Assembly: GCA_010015805.1 (NCBI GenBank)
Contig: ML978121.1
Coordinates: 3,348,001 to 3,412,000, forward strand
Reading direction: 5' to 3'
Length of the DNA: 64,000 bases
Source: Rhizodiscina lignyota
Lineage: Eukaryota
Part shown: piece by piece, positions 38,804 through 51,268 of the stretch
How positions within the stretch are numbered: position 1 is the first letter of the stretch
Layout: each line of letters begins with the position of its first letter
Notes under the pieces: model-generated
The model's database searches: none
Told to the model about the DNA's origin: nothing
Seen by the model: only the letters and a program-made list of their open reading frames with translations
Made by a program: the position numbers and the translations under genes

Positions 38804-40228
38804 TCACCAAGGCTGCGCAAACATCTCCCCTCCTCTTCTCCATTCTCCTAACAGCACCATCCCTTCCACCCTTGCGTCCTCCACGATTCCATCCAACTTG
38901 ATATCATTCCTGTCGTATCCAAACGGGTCCTCCAACTGTCTCCCAATGCCCTCAATCCCGTAGAGTGTAAATGCGACAAGAGCGACAATCGGGATGGCCC
39001 ACCAACTCATGTCAGCAACCATCGTGAAGGGAAGAACGATGAGGTACAGAGTAAGGACTTGTTTCGTGTGGATGAGATGCGCAACGGGCAGAGGGGTGGT
39101 GCGAATCGTCTCCATGCGCGCGAATGCATCGACAAGAGTATTCAGTTGCGGGCCTAGTTGCGACGCCGCTTGTGGTGGTGTGAGCCTCCCTCGGCGCACC
39201 TGCCGGTGTATGTACGACTCGACGAGTACGGAGAGCTGTATTGGGAGTGACAGGCCGCGATCTTCGAAGTCGCCGAGTCCTTCAGGAAGAAGACCGCCGT
39301 AGCGATATGGTCGCTGTGCTTGTGGGATTGAAGTATTTATATTGAAGAGTGTAGAGGCGCTAGAAGACATGTTTCCGAGACCGCTATCAGCATGATGCAG
39401 AAGAGCGCTACGACGCAGGTCATCGCCTGGGGAGCGAGGCGTCTGGTCGCCTCGTCGAAAGGGGTTGAAGTTGGTTAGCTTTGGGGAAGAGGTGTTCTCT
39501 TCGTCCGTGTAGAAGCTCTGAGGCAGTCCGGCGCCATGAAATATACTCATTCCACTTTCGTTTCTGAACAACTTTGGCCTCTTGACCCCGCCGCTTGGGT
39601 TTCGCGAGTGATGTCGCGGTGTCCCGCCTCCTGGATTGGAAGTTATTGTTGAAGCGCGAGAAGGTGGTGGGGGGCTGTGAGACCGCCATTCCGCCCGCAA
39701 GTTGTGCTTTACGGCGTAAAGTATCGCGATGAGGATCCGCACGGTGGTTTCTGTATCTTGCCGCTCGACTTCGTGCTCATGCTCGTCTTCATCTTCGCCA
39801 CAAGCGAAAGGAGCAGAGCAGACTAGGAAGGTGCGTGAGAGGTTGCGAACGGAGGTCACGATTGTGGTGAGGTGGTTTCGTCCGGCCCTAAAAATTAGGA
39901 TAAGAGATTGTTCCTTCTGATGGATGATATAAGGATATGGGGCCTACCAGAATCTGTCATAGCTTGTGCCATTTCTGAAAACTAGCATGAGACCAACGAC
40001 AATGCTAAGACTTGGTACGATGGTTCCTGGAAGACTTAAATGTGCATTGCGGTGTTCTTCGAGCCATACAATCAGCGTGGTGAATGCAGCGTGCAGGAGA
40101 ACAGCAGGAAGGATTTCCCAGTGAATCGAGCCTTTCCATACTCGCAGCACGAGAGGCCACCGTCGAGGCTTCTTGCGCGTGGAATGTGAAAGGGGGAAGG
40201 TGGGACGCTGGAGAGGAGGCTCTTCCAT
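38804..40228 (-). CDS. Bestrophin-like (UPF0187/Bestrophin_2) anion channel, 454 aa
   Basis: Exons 40228-39948 and 39887-38804. Motifs LSIVVGLMLVFRNGTSYDRFWAGR, METIRTTPLP and GIEGIGRQLEDPFGYDRNDIKLD. Confidence 0.92.
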
Positions 40229-40681
40229 TTGAACGAAACGGCAGACAAGGGCGATAGGTACACAATAAGAGACAATATGTCCGCAATTGATGCTAGCAGC
40301 AGTGCTAGCGTAATTCACCCAAGATGTGGAACGTAAATCGGAGGCTGTTGTTGCATTGCCGCAACGTGGGGAATGTTGGAAGAGATGGGACGAGGCACGA
40401 GGCGGAGCTCCTACGAGTCGCGTCAACGTCACAGGCACCGTGCGCTGTGTGGCTGACGGAATCTTGCAGGGGTATTTCCACCTAAATCTGTCTTGAAAAG
40501 AAGGGATGGGGGATAGTCTGTTCGAATGCTTCTCTATCTTGTTGTCTATGTACCGAAATCGGTCTATCTGAGAGTATGGTCACAGCGTGATGGTCGTGGG
40601 AATGAAACCAGCCAACTACGATAAGGCACACCCTTCAGGATAACTATGAGCGAACCCGAAAAGTTCGTCAAGATATTAACA

Positions 40682-42389
40682 TCAATCGCCCTGCGCTAAT
40701 CCTGCCCAGTCCATTACAGTACCTTTCATTACAATGTGAGCCTGTTTTACGTTAGCTACAACATTCTGCTGGAGAACCAATATACGCACCAGTTTCAACG
40801 CTTCTGAGTGTCCGCCGCCCACCGTGCCCGGTCCGCGCAACCCGGAGTTGAGCTCTTCTGTGTGTGCAAGTCCATGGAAGAGAACTGTGCGAGTTGCATC
40901 ACGATCGTTTGAGACTGGAAATACTGGCGGACCAACCGCCGTCGTGGGGTCGTATGAACCTTGTGTGAAAAGGATTCTCTTCGCCTTGACCAAGTCTGGT
41001 ACCGTGAAGCGATAGATTTTGATGATTTCTGCGTTCGTCTTGTTCGCAAACGTTGGGCTCTGGCCCAAATTCACGCAGTTCCTCGCGCTATTGCCGTAGC
41101 CATCTCTTGGGGGAAAGATGCCACCAGGAGCGATGTCAATCGTGTTTGCCGGGAGGTATTTGCAAGTTATAACACTAAATACCTCCTGATCTAGGACGGT
41201 ATCGCTGCCGAAGCGATCGCTGGTCCAATTGAGACACAGATCTTGGGAACGCATGTCGTATAATTGCGGCGCAATCCGAATAACTTCGCCAGTGTTATTG
41301 GCTGCGGAGAGCGTTTGATTGACGATTATGTCAAGCGGGCGAGACACATTGAATGTGGCTGGATTGTCGTAATGGTAGTTAAATTGAGCAGCGTACCAGT
41401 ATGACATAATGACTGCACTGGTGTAAAACGTGGTCCATTCCGTCACATTCGTTGGATACGGCTTGCAAAGGCGAGCGTCGTCGGCAATCTTGCTTAATTT
41501 GCTCGCTGGATACTACGTTAGGCACTCAACTAAGTTAATGAGCGAGTAGGTCGAGACTTACGTGATGATAGGGACTGGCTAAAATCGAGCATTGCCTCTT
41601 TGATCTTGGCTGCAGCCTCTGCAGACTCATCACGGTAGACCTGAGATACCTAATTCTTATGTCAATCCAGTCCTTCGTAGATATTCAGGAGGATAGACCA
41701 TACCCATTTGAACCACTCAAAACGATCTGGGTCTTGGGCGTCCAAACCAAAAGACTTGATAAGTGGTGCCGATGGGATAGCGCCGTAAAACGTGTCCGGA
41801 TGGAAGAGCCGTAAGAGAGTGGTCAGGGTACCGCCGTATGATCCTATGGTATCCAAAGGTCAGTCCACGGACGACCTGCGTAGCTCCCTCGTAACATACC
41901 TCCCAATACAAAGACCCTGCTGTCTTTTGCGTGAGGTACAGTTCTCTTAATTCACTCAATAAAATTGACTGAGTCGAGAAGAGTATTGTTTAGCGTCAAA
42001 GGGTCGTATTGCTCCGGTGCGGCTGCGGTTTGATTGAAGCCTGCTGGCAGAGAGTCGCCAAAGAATCTATGCTCAAGGCCTGCCAACATAGCTCCCATTT
42101 CTTCAGCCCAATCTTGGAGAACGGTATTTTCAATGCAATTGATCGAGGATGTCTCGGCGCCTTGATAGAATAAGATGGGACCGCCGGGTTTGAAATGTGT
42201 AGTGTTCAGCTGGTACTTCTGTTTGAATGCCCCATTCCCCGCTGAGGCGGATCCGCTGTTCGCGTCATGATTAAGAGTTTGGTCGAAAAAGGACGTCGGA
42301 TTGATTGTACAGGGCAGAGGAGGTAGTGTCTGACCAATTGATAAGGAGAAGAACGTGAAAACATATGTGAGAAACAGTGTACGATACAT
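40682..42389 (-). pseudogene. Secreted S28-family serine peptidase (PRCP/DPP7-like) with one in-frame TGA; recent pseudogene or recoded gene
   Basis: Exons 42389-41900, 41843-41704, 41649-41562, 41505-40790 and 40741-40682. Signal peptide, FFDQTLNH, PILFYQGAE, EHRFFGDS, GGSYGG, GSYDP and GLAH. TGA at 41952-41954. Confidence 0.8.
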
Positions 42390-43457
42390 GTTGAGTGACT
42401 GGTGAAAGATCGATGGTGCAGGTGTGAATTGAGGAAGTACCTGGTGACGTTCGAGAACATTTATAAACTGAAGACTGTAAAAACCGAAGCCCAAAAATCG
42501 CCGCGATTATGCTCGCCGGAGAGATGAGCATGCCGAACATCTCTATCAGATACCTACAAGTCTATTGTTGTCAACTCCATAGCCACAGTTCCTGTTGACA
42601 TTTCTTGTCTTCGAAACGCAAACCTTCCATGAGGAGGAAGATGGGAAATAGTTAGATACGTCATGAGGCTTGTTGCAGTGACCATTTGGACAGAAAGAGA
42701 TTGGATAAAGACGCAGCAGTGTCCTCCATGGCATGGTATGGGGAACACGAGCTGGCGGGCCTTTCTCCAGATCTTTCTCCTTCGCCCGTTGCTTCCAAAG
42801 AGGGTATTTATGACAGAATGCCGGGGAGAACGAAGACTGCACCGTTCTGTGGCTGAAGATGTGACGACAGTCGGAAGGATGAAATGCTGGTAGTAGAGAA
42901 GCTTAGTGTCTCCACGCTAGTCCATTTTAGGGCATTTTGCGAGGCGCATATCTAGCGTGCAGAGCAGGAGCATCGTCACCGTCACACCTCTCCCACTTTC
43001 AACTGTTCAAAACTTCCGCCTGTTTGGCTCGCGTTCCTTGTAGAACCTGAACAGCCCTAACGGATGGAGCATTGAGTTGTTGGCATTATGGCACAGGCTC
43101 TCAATTTAGCCTTGAGGCTCTCCATAGCCTCATGCCGATCGCCAACCAGGCGTCTAACGCTGTAGGGCTTTGCCCGATGCACAACTGCCAAACGATGCCC
43201 CTTGAACCAGTAAAGTTCCTCTTGACTACCTCGTATCATGATGAAATGGGCAGAAAAGCCATGCACTAGCAAGACGCTCCAGCAAGGCCACTGGGTAAGC
43301 AACTCAAGTCAATTGTGCCATTTCGACTGCTGCGGTCCGCATGCGTACTCATTCACCGAACGGCCCCCTTTGAGCTTGGGAGATATAACTGCCACAGCGC
43401 TGTTTCATGCCAGTGCTCCACTCTATGTCTCTGTAGCTTTCTCCGTTCATCTCAATC

Positions 43458-44980
43458 ATGGTAGGCGCCAAAAGCTTGGGTTGTGCGACTTGCAAAAAGC
43501 GCAAAATCAAGGTTCGTGACAATGTACATATATTTATATTGGAGCCGATGACTAATGTTACCCAGTGTGATGAACGCTTCCCGATATGTCTGAATTGCGA
43601 ACGAGGTAATCGCGATTGCCCAGGCCCCAAGTCCCGTTTTGTGCAATTTGTCAAACCCGGCGCAGAAATGCACATGGTGCAGACGCAGTTCGTGGAGTTT
43701 CCCTCCTCCTCGTCCTCTGAGCTTCTTCAATTGGAACTGGTCGAACGCATGAGGAATGTCACACAAGAGGGATACAAGTTGACACAATTTGGCGCATTAT
43801 TTACGTACCTTCCTGCTCGCATTGGGATCAATGCCGCCCTTGACGCTGCCGTTCGTGCGCTTTTGGAATCGCACCGTCTCATGCTTCTTCATAAGACCGC
43901 ATATCAGACAAAAGACGTGCGTCACTACGCACAAGCTCTTACGTACATTCGAAACGATCTTGATGAACTCCGAAGCAAGACGCCCTCCGAGACTGTGTGT
44001 GCTGCTTTAATATTGGCACTCTACGAGGTATGTGAGCATTGCTCAACGTCTAACGCGAAACGGACAACGGAGACTAAGTGCTTTACAGCTATTCAACGAA
44101 GACGTCAGGAAGAAAGCGTGGGTGGCGCACGCTGGGGGAGTATCTGCGCTTATCAAATCATGGGGCCCGGATCACATTGCCACTGAATTCGATCTGTCGA
44201 TATTCGCTTCTCATTATGGCTCTATTGTAAGTGATCTCTTAGACTAGTGTAATCGAAGCTGATACCTAAAAGATTATTACTTCAATTCTCCGGGAAGAGG
44301 ATTGCTTTCTACTGTCCCCGGAATGGGAACCGCTGCGCGACAAATGCCTCCGCTATACCACAAATATTGAACCTTACAGTTTTCGTCTCCTGACAGCACT
44401 GGCATCTTTGCCTTCACTAGTTCGAGATGTCCGCGTTCTTAGCACCGAGGGTCACGGTTTCACTTCAGATCAAAGGCGAATACTATCGCTCAAAGCACGA
44501 CTGTTCAAAGCAGAGATCGCGCAACAATGCCACGAGCTTCTGGTAGACGCCAACGCACTTCTGACTCTAAACAAACTCATGAACGCTGGAGAGTCGCCTA
44601 CAGATATTGCTGCTGCAACACACAAAGACCAAAAGTATGCCTTCCGATTCCACCTTAGCTGGGCAGCGATAATCATAGCCAACACGCTCCTCACTCGGCT
44701 TGGCGCAGGAGATTCTGCGGTATCGAACGAGACCCAGGAAGCGGCGAGGAACATATCAAATTCGACGCGCTATTTACGGGCTTTCAAGCCTTTCGGGGTT
44801 CTCTGGACCACCTTGACGGTTGCTGTCGCCTATGGAGTCTCCCCACCGGAACAGCAATCGTGGCTCGTTGGTGAGATACAAGGATTGTTTGACCAATTGC
44901 CGATCCGACTCGGTGCGATGAGCATGAAGTATGCATTCGAGTCGGTCACAGGAGGACCGGTGAAATTGTATCCGAGCTGA
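43458..44980 (+). CDS. Zn(II)2Cys6 transcription factor, ~453 aa
   Basis: Exons 43458-43511, 43566-44027, 44089-44226 and 44273-44980. Spliced [28 protein letters not shown]; fungal TF middle region LALYE..WVAHAGG. Confidence 0.9.
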
Positions 44981-45977
44981 CTCCTGGTGCAGAGGAACAA
45001 TAGCTATTCTCGATGGCACGGTGCTTAGGAGAACCCATTGGCTGATATTTGTACATATGTTCCTCTGCAAGTTGTGTTACGCGTCCCTCGTAAAGAATAT
45101 ACCCTCAGTCGGAAGACGATAGCTCGGAGGAAATGGTCTCTTCATCGAAGCAGGCGGTCTTGAGTTCGCTTGATGTGGAATACACAACTTACAAGTCATG
45201 AGAGGAGGTCGATAGCCGGAAATCCATTCGCCGACCGCTCTACGTCTCGGTCCGGCGCAGCGAAGTTTCAGATTGAACAAGTACTTGTGAGAGCCTTTGA
45301 CTACCAAGATTGACCCTGTCTGCTCGGCTGGAAACATCCTCAAGCGCCCTCAAATATCATATCACTTTTCGAAAGAAGCGAACTGGTTACGAAGAGAGAA
45401 ATACATAGATTTTGTAGGGTTTTCTACAGAAAAACAATAAAGTATAAACGTTATCAGAACTGTTTTACCCAGAGCACCCTATTGCTGATGCAGGAAACCC
45501 ACGTCTTTTAGTTAAAGGAGTGGCCGGTATACCAATCATGATGTAGAAACCATACCATGCAAGACCCTCAGAGCCATTAAATAAGCAAATCCAGACAGTA
45601 CTACGTCCCCACGCACGACTATCGGAGGATCGGAGCAGCAGTCACGATCGACCCAGCGCTTGGTAATAGCCTGGCGGAGGTTCAGGAAGTGCAATTTTGA
45701 ATCTGGGGATGTACAGGAACGTGGGAAAGGCAACTTTGGACTCGAAGAGATTGCGTGATTTGAGTTCGACCTCTTCCGACGCGAGGTATTCATGATACTT
45801 TGGCGGAGGGCATTGGGTCGCCTTCATGGATATACACAAACTGCTTCAGCAGCATAAAACCCAGTGCTCCCTCTAACGCCGAACCGTGCCTATGCCCCGT
45901 GCCCATACCCCTAGGGACTTGAAGTTCATCATTCCATGCTTGTTGACAGTAGTCTCAATAGTGTCCTGGACGTCCTC

Positions 45978-46816
45978 TCAGAACTTCACACTCTCTCCTG
46001 CCTTCTGGGCGACCTTGACCAGGCCCGCAAACACCTCTTCCCAGTCCTCGACGACCTCTTCTTCTTTTTTTGCATCTTCTCCTTTTTTCTTGGGCGGCTC
46101 CTTCATCACCATCACCACACTCGTCGGCCTCTTCGTGTTGCCAGCCGTGCCCAACTCGACTCTCGACCTGACATAGATGTACGGGACGTTCACATCCTCA
46201 CACATGACGGGTATGTGTGATATGACGTCCATTGGCCAGACGTCTGCTGCGATAATGACAACGGCAATGGGAGACGCTGGGGAGGATGATGCAGGACCGG
46301 TGTTGGGAGTCTTGCGGAGTGACTTGACAACTTCTTTCACACCACGCTTGAGAGTCTTGTTTTTGGAACCTGAGAAACGAGACTGTCAGCGCGTCAAAGT
46401 CGCTCGACGGTGGGAGTTGGGAGTACCTTTCTTCACACTCCTCAGGACCTTCTTCGTCTGCTTCTCATCTGCCAATGGATTGGCAAATGGCAGCAGCGCA
46501 CCCTTCAGCGCGAACGCCAACTCCTTATCCTCCGACTTCTTCTCCGCCGCTTTCTCCTCCTCCAATTCTTCGTCGTCTTCTACCTTCGCCACCGTTCCAT
46601 TCAAAGCCGAAACTGGTTGACCTAAGAGTTAATTGTGCTCAGTAGCATTGGCTCGGCTCACTCACGATCCATATCTTCTGGCACGTCGGCAGGGACATCG
46701 GTTGCGCGGTGTTTGTCCTTCTTGGACTTCTTGTGGACTCCATCGGTTTCAGATCGCTTTGACTTCTTATCCTTCTTCTCCTTCTTCTCTTTCTTCTCCG
46801 AATGCTCCTTGGCCAT
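45978..46816 (-). CDS. NHP2: H/ACA snoRNP subunit Nhp2 (L7Ae family) with Lys-rich N-terminal extension, 245 aa
   Basis: Exons 46816-46666, 46621-46427 and 46369-45978. Motifs LLPFANPLA, LKRGVKEVVK, AADVWPMDVISHIPVMCED and TKRPTSVV. Confidence 0.93.
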
Positions 46817-48690
46817 CTTGAACGAATTGTGCGCACAAACACGTCGGGCAGACAATTCAATGTTGATTCGAAAAAGTGTTGTGCGGCGGAGCTTAAGCTC
46901 TTGTACTCCAAAATTTCGTAGCCTGGGGACGGGGGCGCTATGCCTAAAAAGGTATAGGCCGCTTGGCAATATCAGAGCCAGTTTTCACGACAGAACGAAC
47001 GGAGAACGCAGATAGGTTGAGGTAATGTTCACTGGTCTATTAAAATGGGAAATCATTCATTGTTAGAGAAAGGCTAAGTAATTTATCGCTCTCAAGCTAT
47101 CAGCCACTCGTTCGTTTCCTCCATCTCTTTGCGAAATAACCTCTCATGTTACGCTTTCAATGTGCGCGAAGGACCTACCCTCTGGAATGGCTTCGCAATT
47201 ACCTCGTGAATAGCTGACCCCCGTTTCCTCTGAGCATCTTCAATGCCGAACCAGATACGACCATCTCAGCAGCCCATTAGTCGACATCGCTTCTACTTTC
47301 TTCTAATCCTCATCCTTCATTCCTCCGTATCTGTCTCTTGGTCCTAAGCATATCTCCTGACGGGGGCTAGAGGAGCGTTTAATGATCGCACGAAAGCGAA
47401 TTAATTCTATAAATTAATAACGTCTCATAAGGCGCTATAATATTGGGGGTCCATACTATTTTCTATCAGGCCGGTAGAGTTTGTTGCAACTACATATACC
47501 AGACTTTGTGGAAAACCACATGAGAAATTAAAGAACGGTATTACATAATGTATCTGATTAGTAGCAACTCAGATTTGGATCAATATTATGGATATAGGTG
47601 GAAAGAGGACATTGCAGCGTCGACCCAGAGACCCTCGACTGGCTCAACATCCTGCCACCCGAGTAGATCGGCATCTTCGGCGGACAGTACACTCCCAGGA
47701 CGGGCAACTTCGCAGCGTGGAATCCTGGCATAGGTGTATCCCAGTCGGGGTCCACATCGTGCTCGCCCATGGACCACCGGCGATGCATCTGGATGCCGGG
47801 ACTGGCTGCAGGCCCCTGCTGCGGAAGGTACGGCGGTTGTACCCGCACCTGGTAGTGTGCTGGCTGGTGCACGAGTGCCGTGGAAGGAAGCTGACGAGGA
47901 TGGACAAGCTGGAGGGAGCCATGGGAGGAGGTGGCCCTTGTGGAGAGCCAGCGTAAAGGGCTGAAGTTGCTGCAATTGGCAACAATGAGTGTGAAGGCCA
48001 AGCCGAGCAAGGAGGCAGCCGCTATGCTTGTTAGCCAAGTCCTAAGTTCTTTTAGAAATCCCGCTTCTGATTCGACCGATTCTTAAGGTATGCTCGCGAA
48101 TAACAAGATCTGTATTAACCATGACTGTGATGGCGCCTGAAGAGTTGAGTTAGAGAGCGACGAGTGGATATCTTTCCCGAAAGGTGATGACGGTAAACGT
48201 CTATGTGAACGATGTACAGCTCACTGGGAAAGACTGTATAAAGAGTAGCTAGGTCTTCTACTGTTACTTCAACATGCCGGAACACATCAGAGATGAAAGA
48301 GAGCCCGATAACCGAAAAGGAAAATCACGCCGATTAGCGAGCTACGGCAGTATCATCTGGCATGCCCTCGGCCTTGGACACAAGATTTCGATGTTAATTC
48401 AATTGGCGCTTGGCGACTACTCGCACATTCATTGAATACACAGGAACTCGATCGAAGTCGCTGGCTTTCCGCACGGCTCGCCTCGTTCGACTGGACTTGA
48501 CGGAGGTCGAAACACGCCCTATGCATATAGTGCTGAGGCGATGCCGGAGATTCCGTACATATTCAAACTGGATTTGAATCTATAAGCCCCAGCTCAGCTA
48601 CAGAACCGACGATATTCCAAGTTACTTAGCACCTTGTGCCGGAGGTGGTAGAAGGGAGCTTTTCGAGGTTGCACCAACATCGGAACGCGC

Positions 48691-48892
48691 GCACAGAGAG
48701 GCTATCTACTCTCTTCACCCCCTGCAAACTCATATCGCTCCCCTAAGAGGGCTCTCGGGCCTCTTCACCTCCTCCAAACTCATTTCGCTCCTCCAAGAGG
48801 GCTTTCGGTCCACTTCACCTCCTCCATACTCGCCTTGCTCTCTCAAAGAGGGCCTTCGGTCCTCTCCCCTCCCTCTGAACTCATTTCGCTCC
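48691..48892. repeat. 50-bp minisatellite, about 4 copies
   Basis: Units start at 48711, 48761, 48811 and 48862. Consensus CTCTTCACCTCCTCCAAACTCATTTCGCTC....AAGAGGGCT.TCGGTC. Confidence 0.9.
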
Positions 48893-51268
48893 ATGCCGAC
48901 CGTTGTGAAACCGCGACGGCGGAGAAGGGGCACTCTGAGGTTTCGTTCAAGCTCGTCCTAAGTGGTCAGAACTCGAGGGCAAAACCTCTCTGTGCATGCT
49001 TCTCCGGGTAGTTACTGTCGTCCCGCTCCGGTGGGTAGAATTTTCGCGGTTTCACCGCTGGATTGCTGATTCGTTCCAGCTGCCTACCTGCGGTTCCCTC
49101 CAGACGGCGTGTCTTATTATGTCTCCAAGAGCCGCTGCGCTGTCAATTGCTACGTCCACGGTTTCCATATATGAGCAGCCTTCGCCAGAATTAGTTATGC
49201 TAGTGCGTGAATAGGGCTGAAAGCAGAAATCCTTTTGCCTCCACGAACGATGTGACTGCGCAAGAAGACCACTCCAAGCCTCAATCTCTTCATCCTCCTA
49301 CTTTGTTCGACGGCAGCAGCTCTTTGGCCTGGGGCAGTCGAAGTGCATTTTGACGGCAATTCGAGGATGACATTTCGTGAGACTTGTGGCGTCCCAAAAT
49401 CCATTCCATGTCAATTCGAGCGCAGAATTTTCTCTGGTTGTGTGTGCTTGAAGTGTGTAACTGGTCTACGTTCACCGCTGGGAAAGGACCGTCCAAGTAT
49501 GGTATAACTGTGTTCCCGACTCTGGTTCGATGGGCGAGATTGTCGGTAAACGGGCGCTCGAACTGTATTTCTGAGCCCAGGTTGACAGTCGTGATTGTCC
49601 GCGAGAGGGTAACCAAGTTGTCGCTGTGTCTCTCTTTTGATAGTTCTCGTCTTATGCTACAGAGCAACTGAACAGTATTTTCGAAGACTGTTTGGAAATA
49701 ACAATTCTGTGTTTCATGTCAATCGAACCGCATCTTCGAAGCCAGTTCAACGGAAAGGATTTTCTGCTGTAGAGATGTGAAATTGGAATTTCCGCATTGG
49801 TTCAGTGGTCATCACTCCGCTATTTAATAATCGAACTGATTGCTGTAGGCACGTTCGAGGCTTACAGAGCAGTCAATATAGGGGAGATAGCTTCCTAATA
49901 TGTGGAAGCGTCTGCAAGAGCGGAGTCGCGGAGGTGGTGGGAAGGGGAAGCTATCCATATCCCAAAGTGGAATGGGCGAGTTCGGCCCTAACGGCGGCCG
50001 TTTTCCTCTTCGGCCTCGGAGCCGCACGAAGGCCGCGCCACGAGAGTGAAGCATCCACCAGAATTCCGACGCGAATGAGGCGTTTCCGGTATCTACTGTG
50101 TCTCAATTCTCTGGAACATTCCGAGAATCTTCAAAGCTTTAAGGAATATGTGAATTCAGTAATTCCGACAGTAGCGCGCAACAGTGCTGGATGAGTGAGG
50201 TTGGTTTGCAGCAGTCTGAATCAGCAATAGCGTCAGCGCCACATGCACGCCAGGCGCTCTTCCTTGGCCTCACACGAGCCCTTACCGCTTGCAGCCGGCA
50301 GCCTAACCTGGTCGTGTGAGCAAGCAAATCCCACGTCCGCTGCAGAACTGTGAGGAATTGAATGACCAGAACGACATGACTCCTCCCTGCCCGACAGTTC
50401 ACGAACGCCCAAGCCAGTAAGCTCACCAATTCGCCGGGGACAGGCCACGGCATGCTTCCGATGTTGGGGGAGGAAGCCAGCGGATGCTGTCGGACATTGC
50501 GTGTAGGTTTTTGAGGATGGTGCTACGGACAAATTGCTCGCAAATGACGTCGCGCAGCCGCCTTGACCGCAAGCCTATCGCCTACATGCCTTGTAATCAC
50601 AGTAATACAGTATCTCGGCCGGCGACCGAAGCCGACTGGTGGGAGCGTCAAGGCACATGTACAGCAAACTAACGTGCTTCGTGCATGCGTTGTGCTACAG
50701 GTGCGCATTCCTCACTTTACTCGTCTTCATACCTCACTTCTCCGTCATCTGCTGCTTCCATCGTCTCTTCTTCTCCTCTTTCTATCGTGCTCGCGTGCTC
50801 CTCAAGCGACCCTGGCACTACGAAACAAGGATCAGCCACCTTTGCATGTAAACACTAGGGCGGAAGCCATATAGGCCCTCGCGCCTGCTCCGATCGAGAG
50901 ATCAAGACTTTCTTATTTCTCTCCGCAGGCTCTCCGACGCTTGGGATCGGGTTTTAATCCCTTCCAGAGCGTTCAGCGACTATCAGTCTCGTCAGTACTC
51001 TTTAAATGCTCCCTCCACGACCATTACTGACACTTCCAGAGCTTCCGCTGTTTTTACTGTGCTCTTTCGTCGCCTCCCACTGTTTCCGCAAAGTTCCACC
51101 TTACGTTGGCATAATTATTAGGAGATCCCGCCTAATATCGTAAAACTTCTTGCCGTCTCTCTCCACGCGATATCTCCGCGTTAGCCCCGCGCCTTATCTC
51201 TCTTCTTTTTTCTCAGCCTCCCGCCACAACCCAGCGGCTTTATACCACTGCGCACGACAACAATCATC

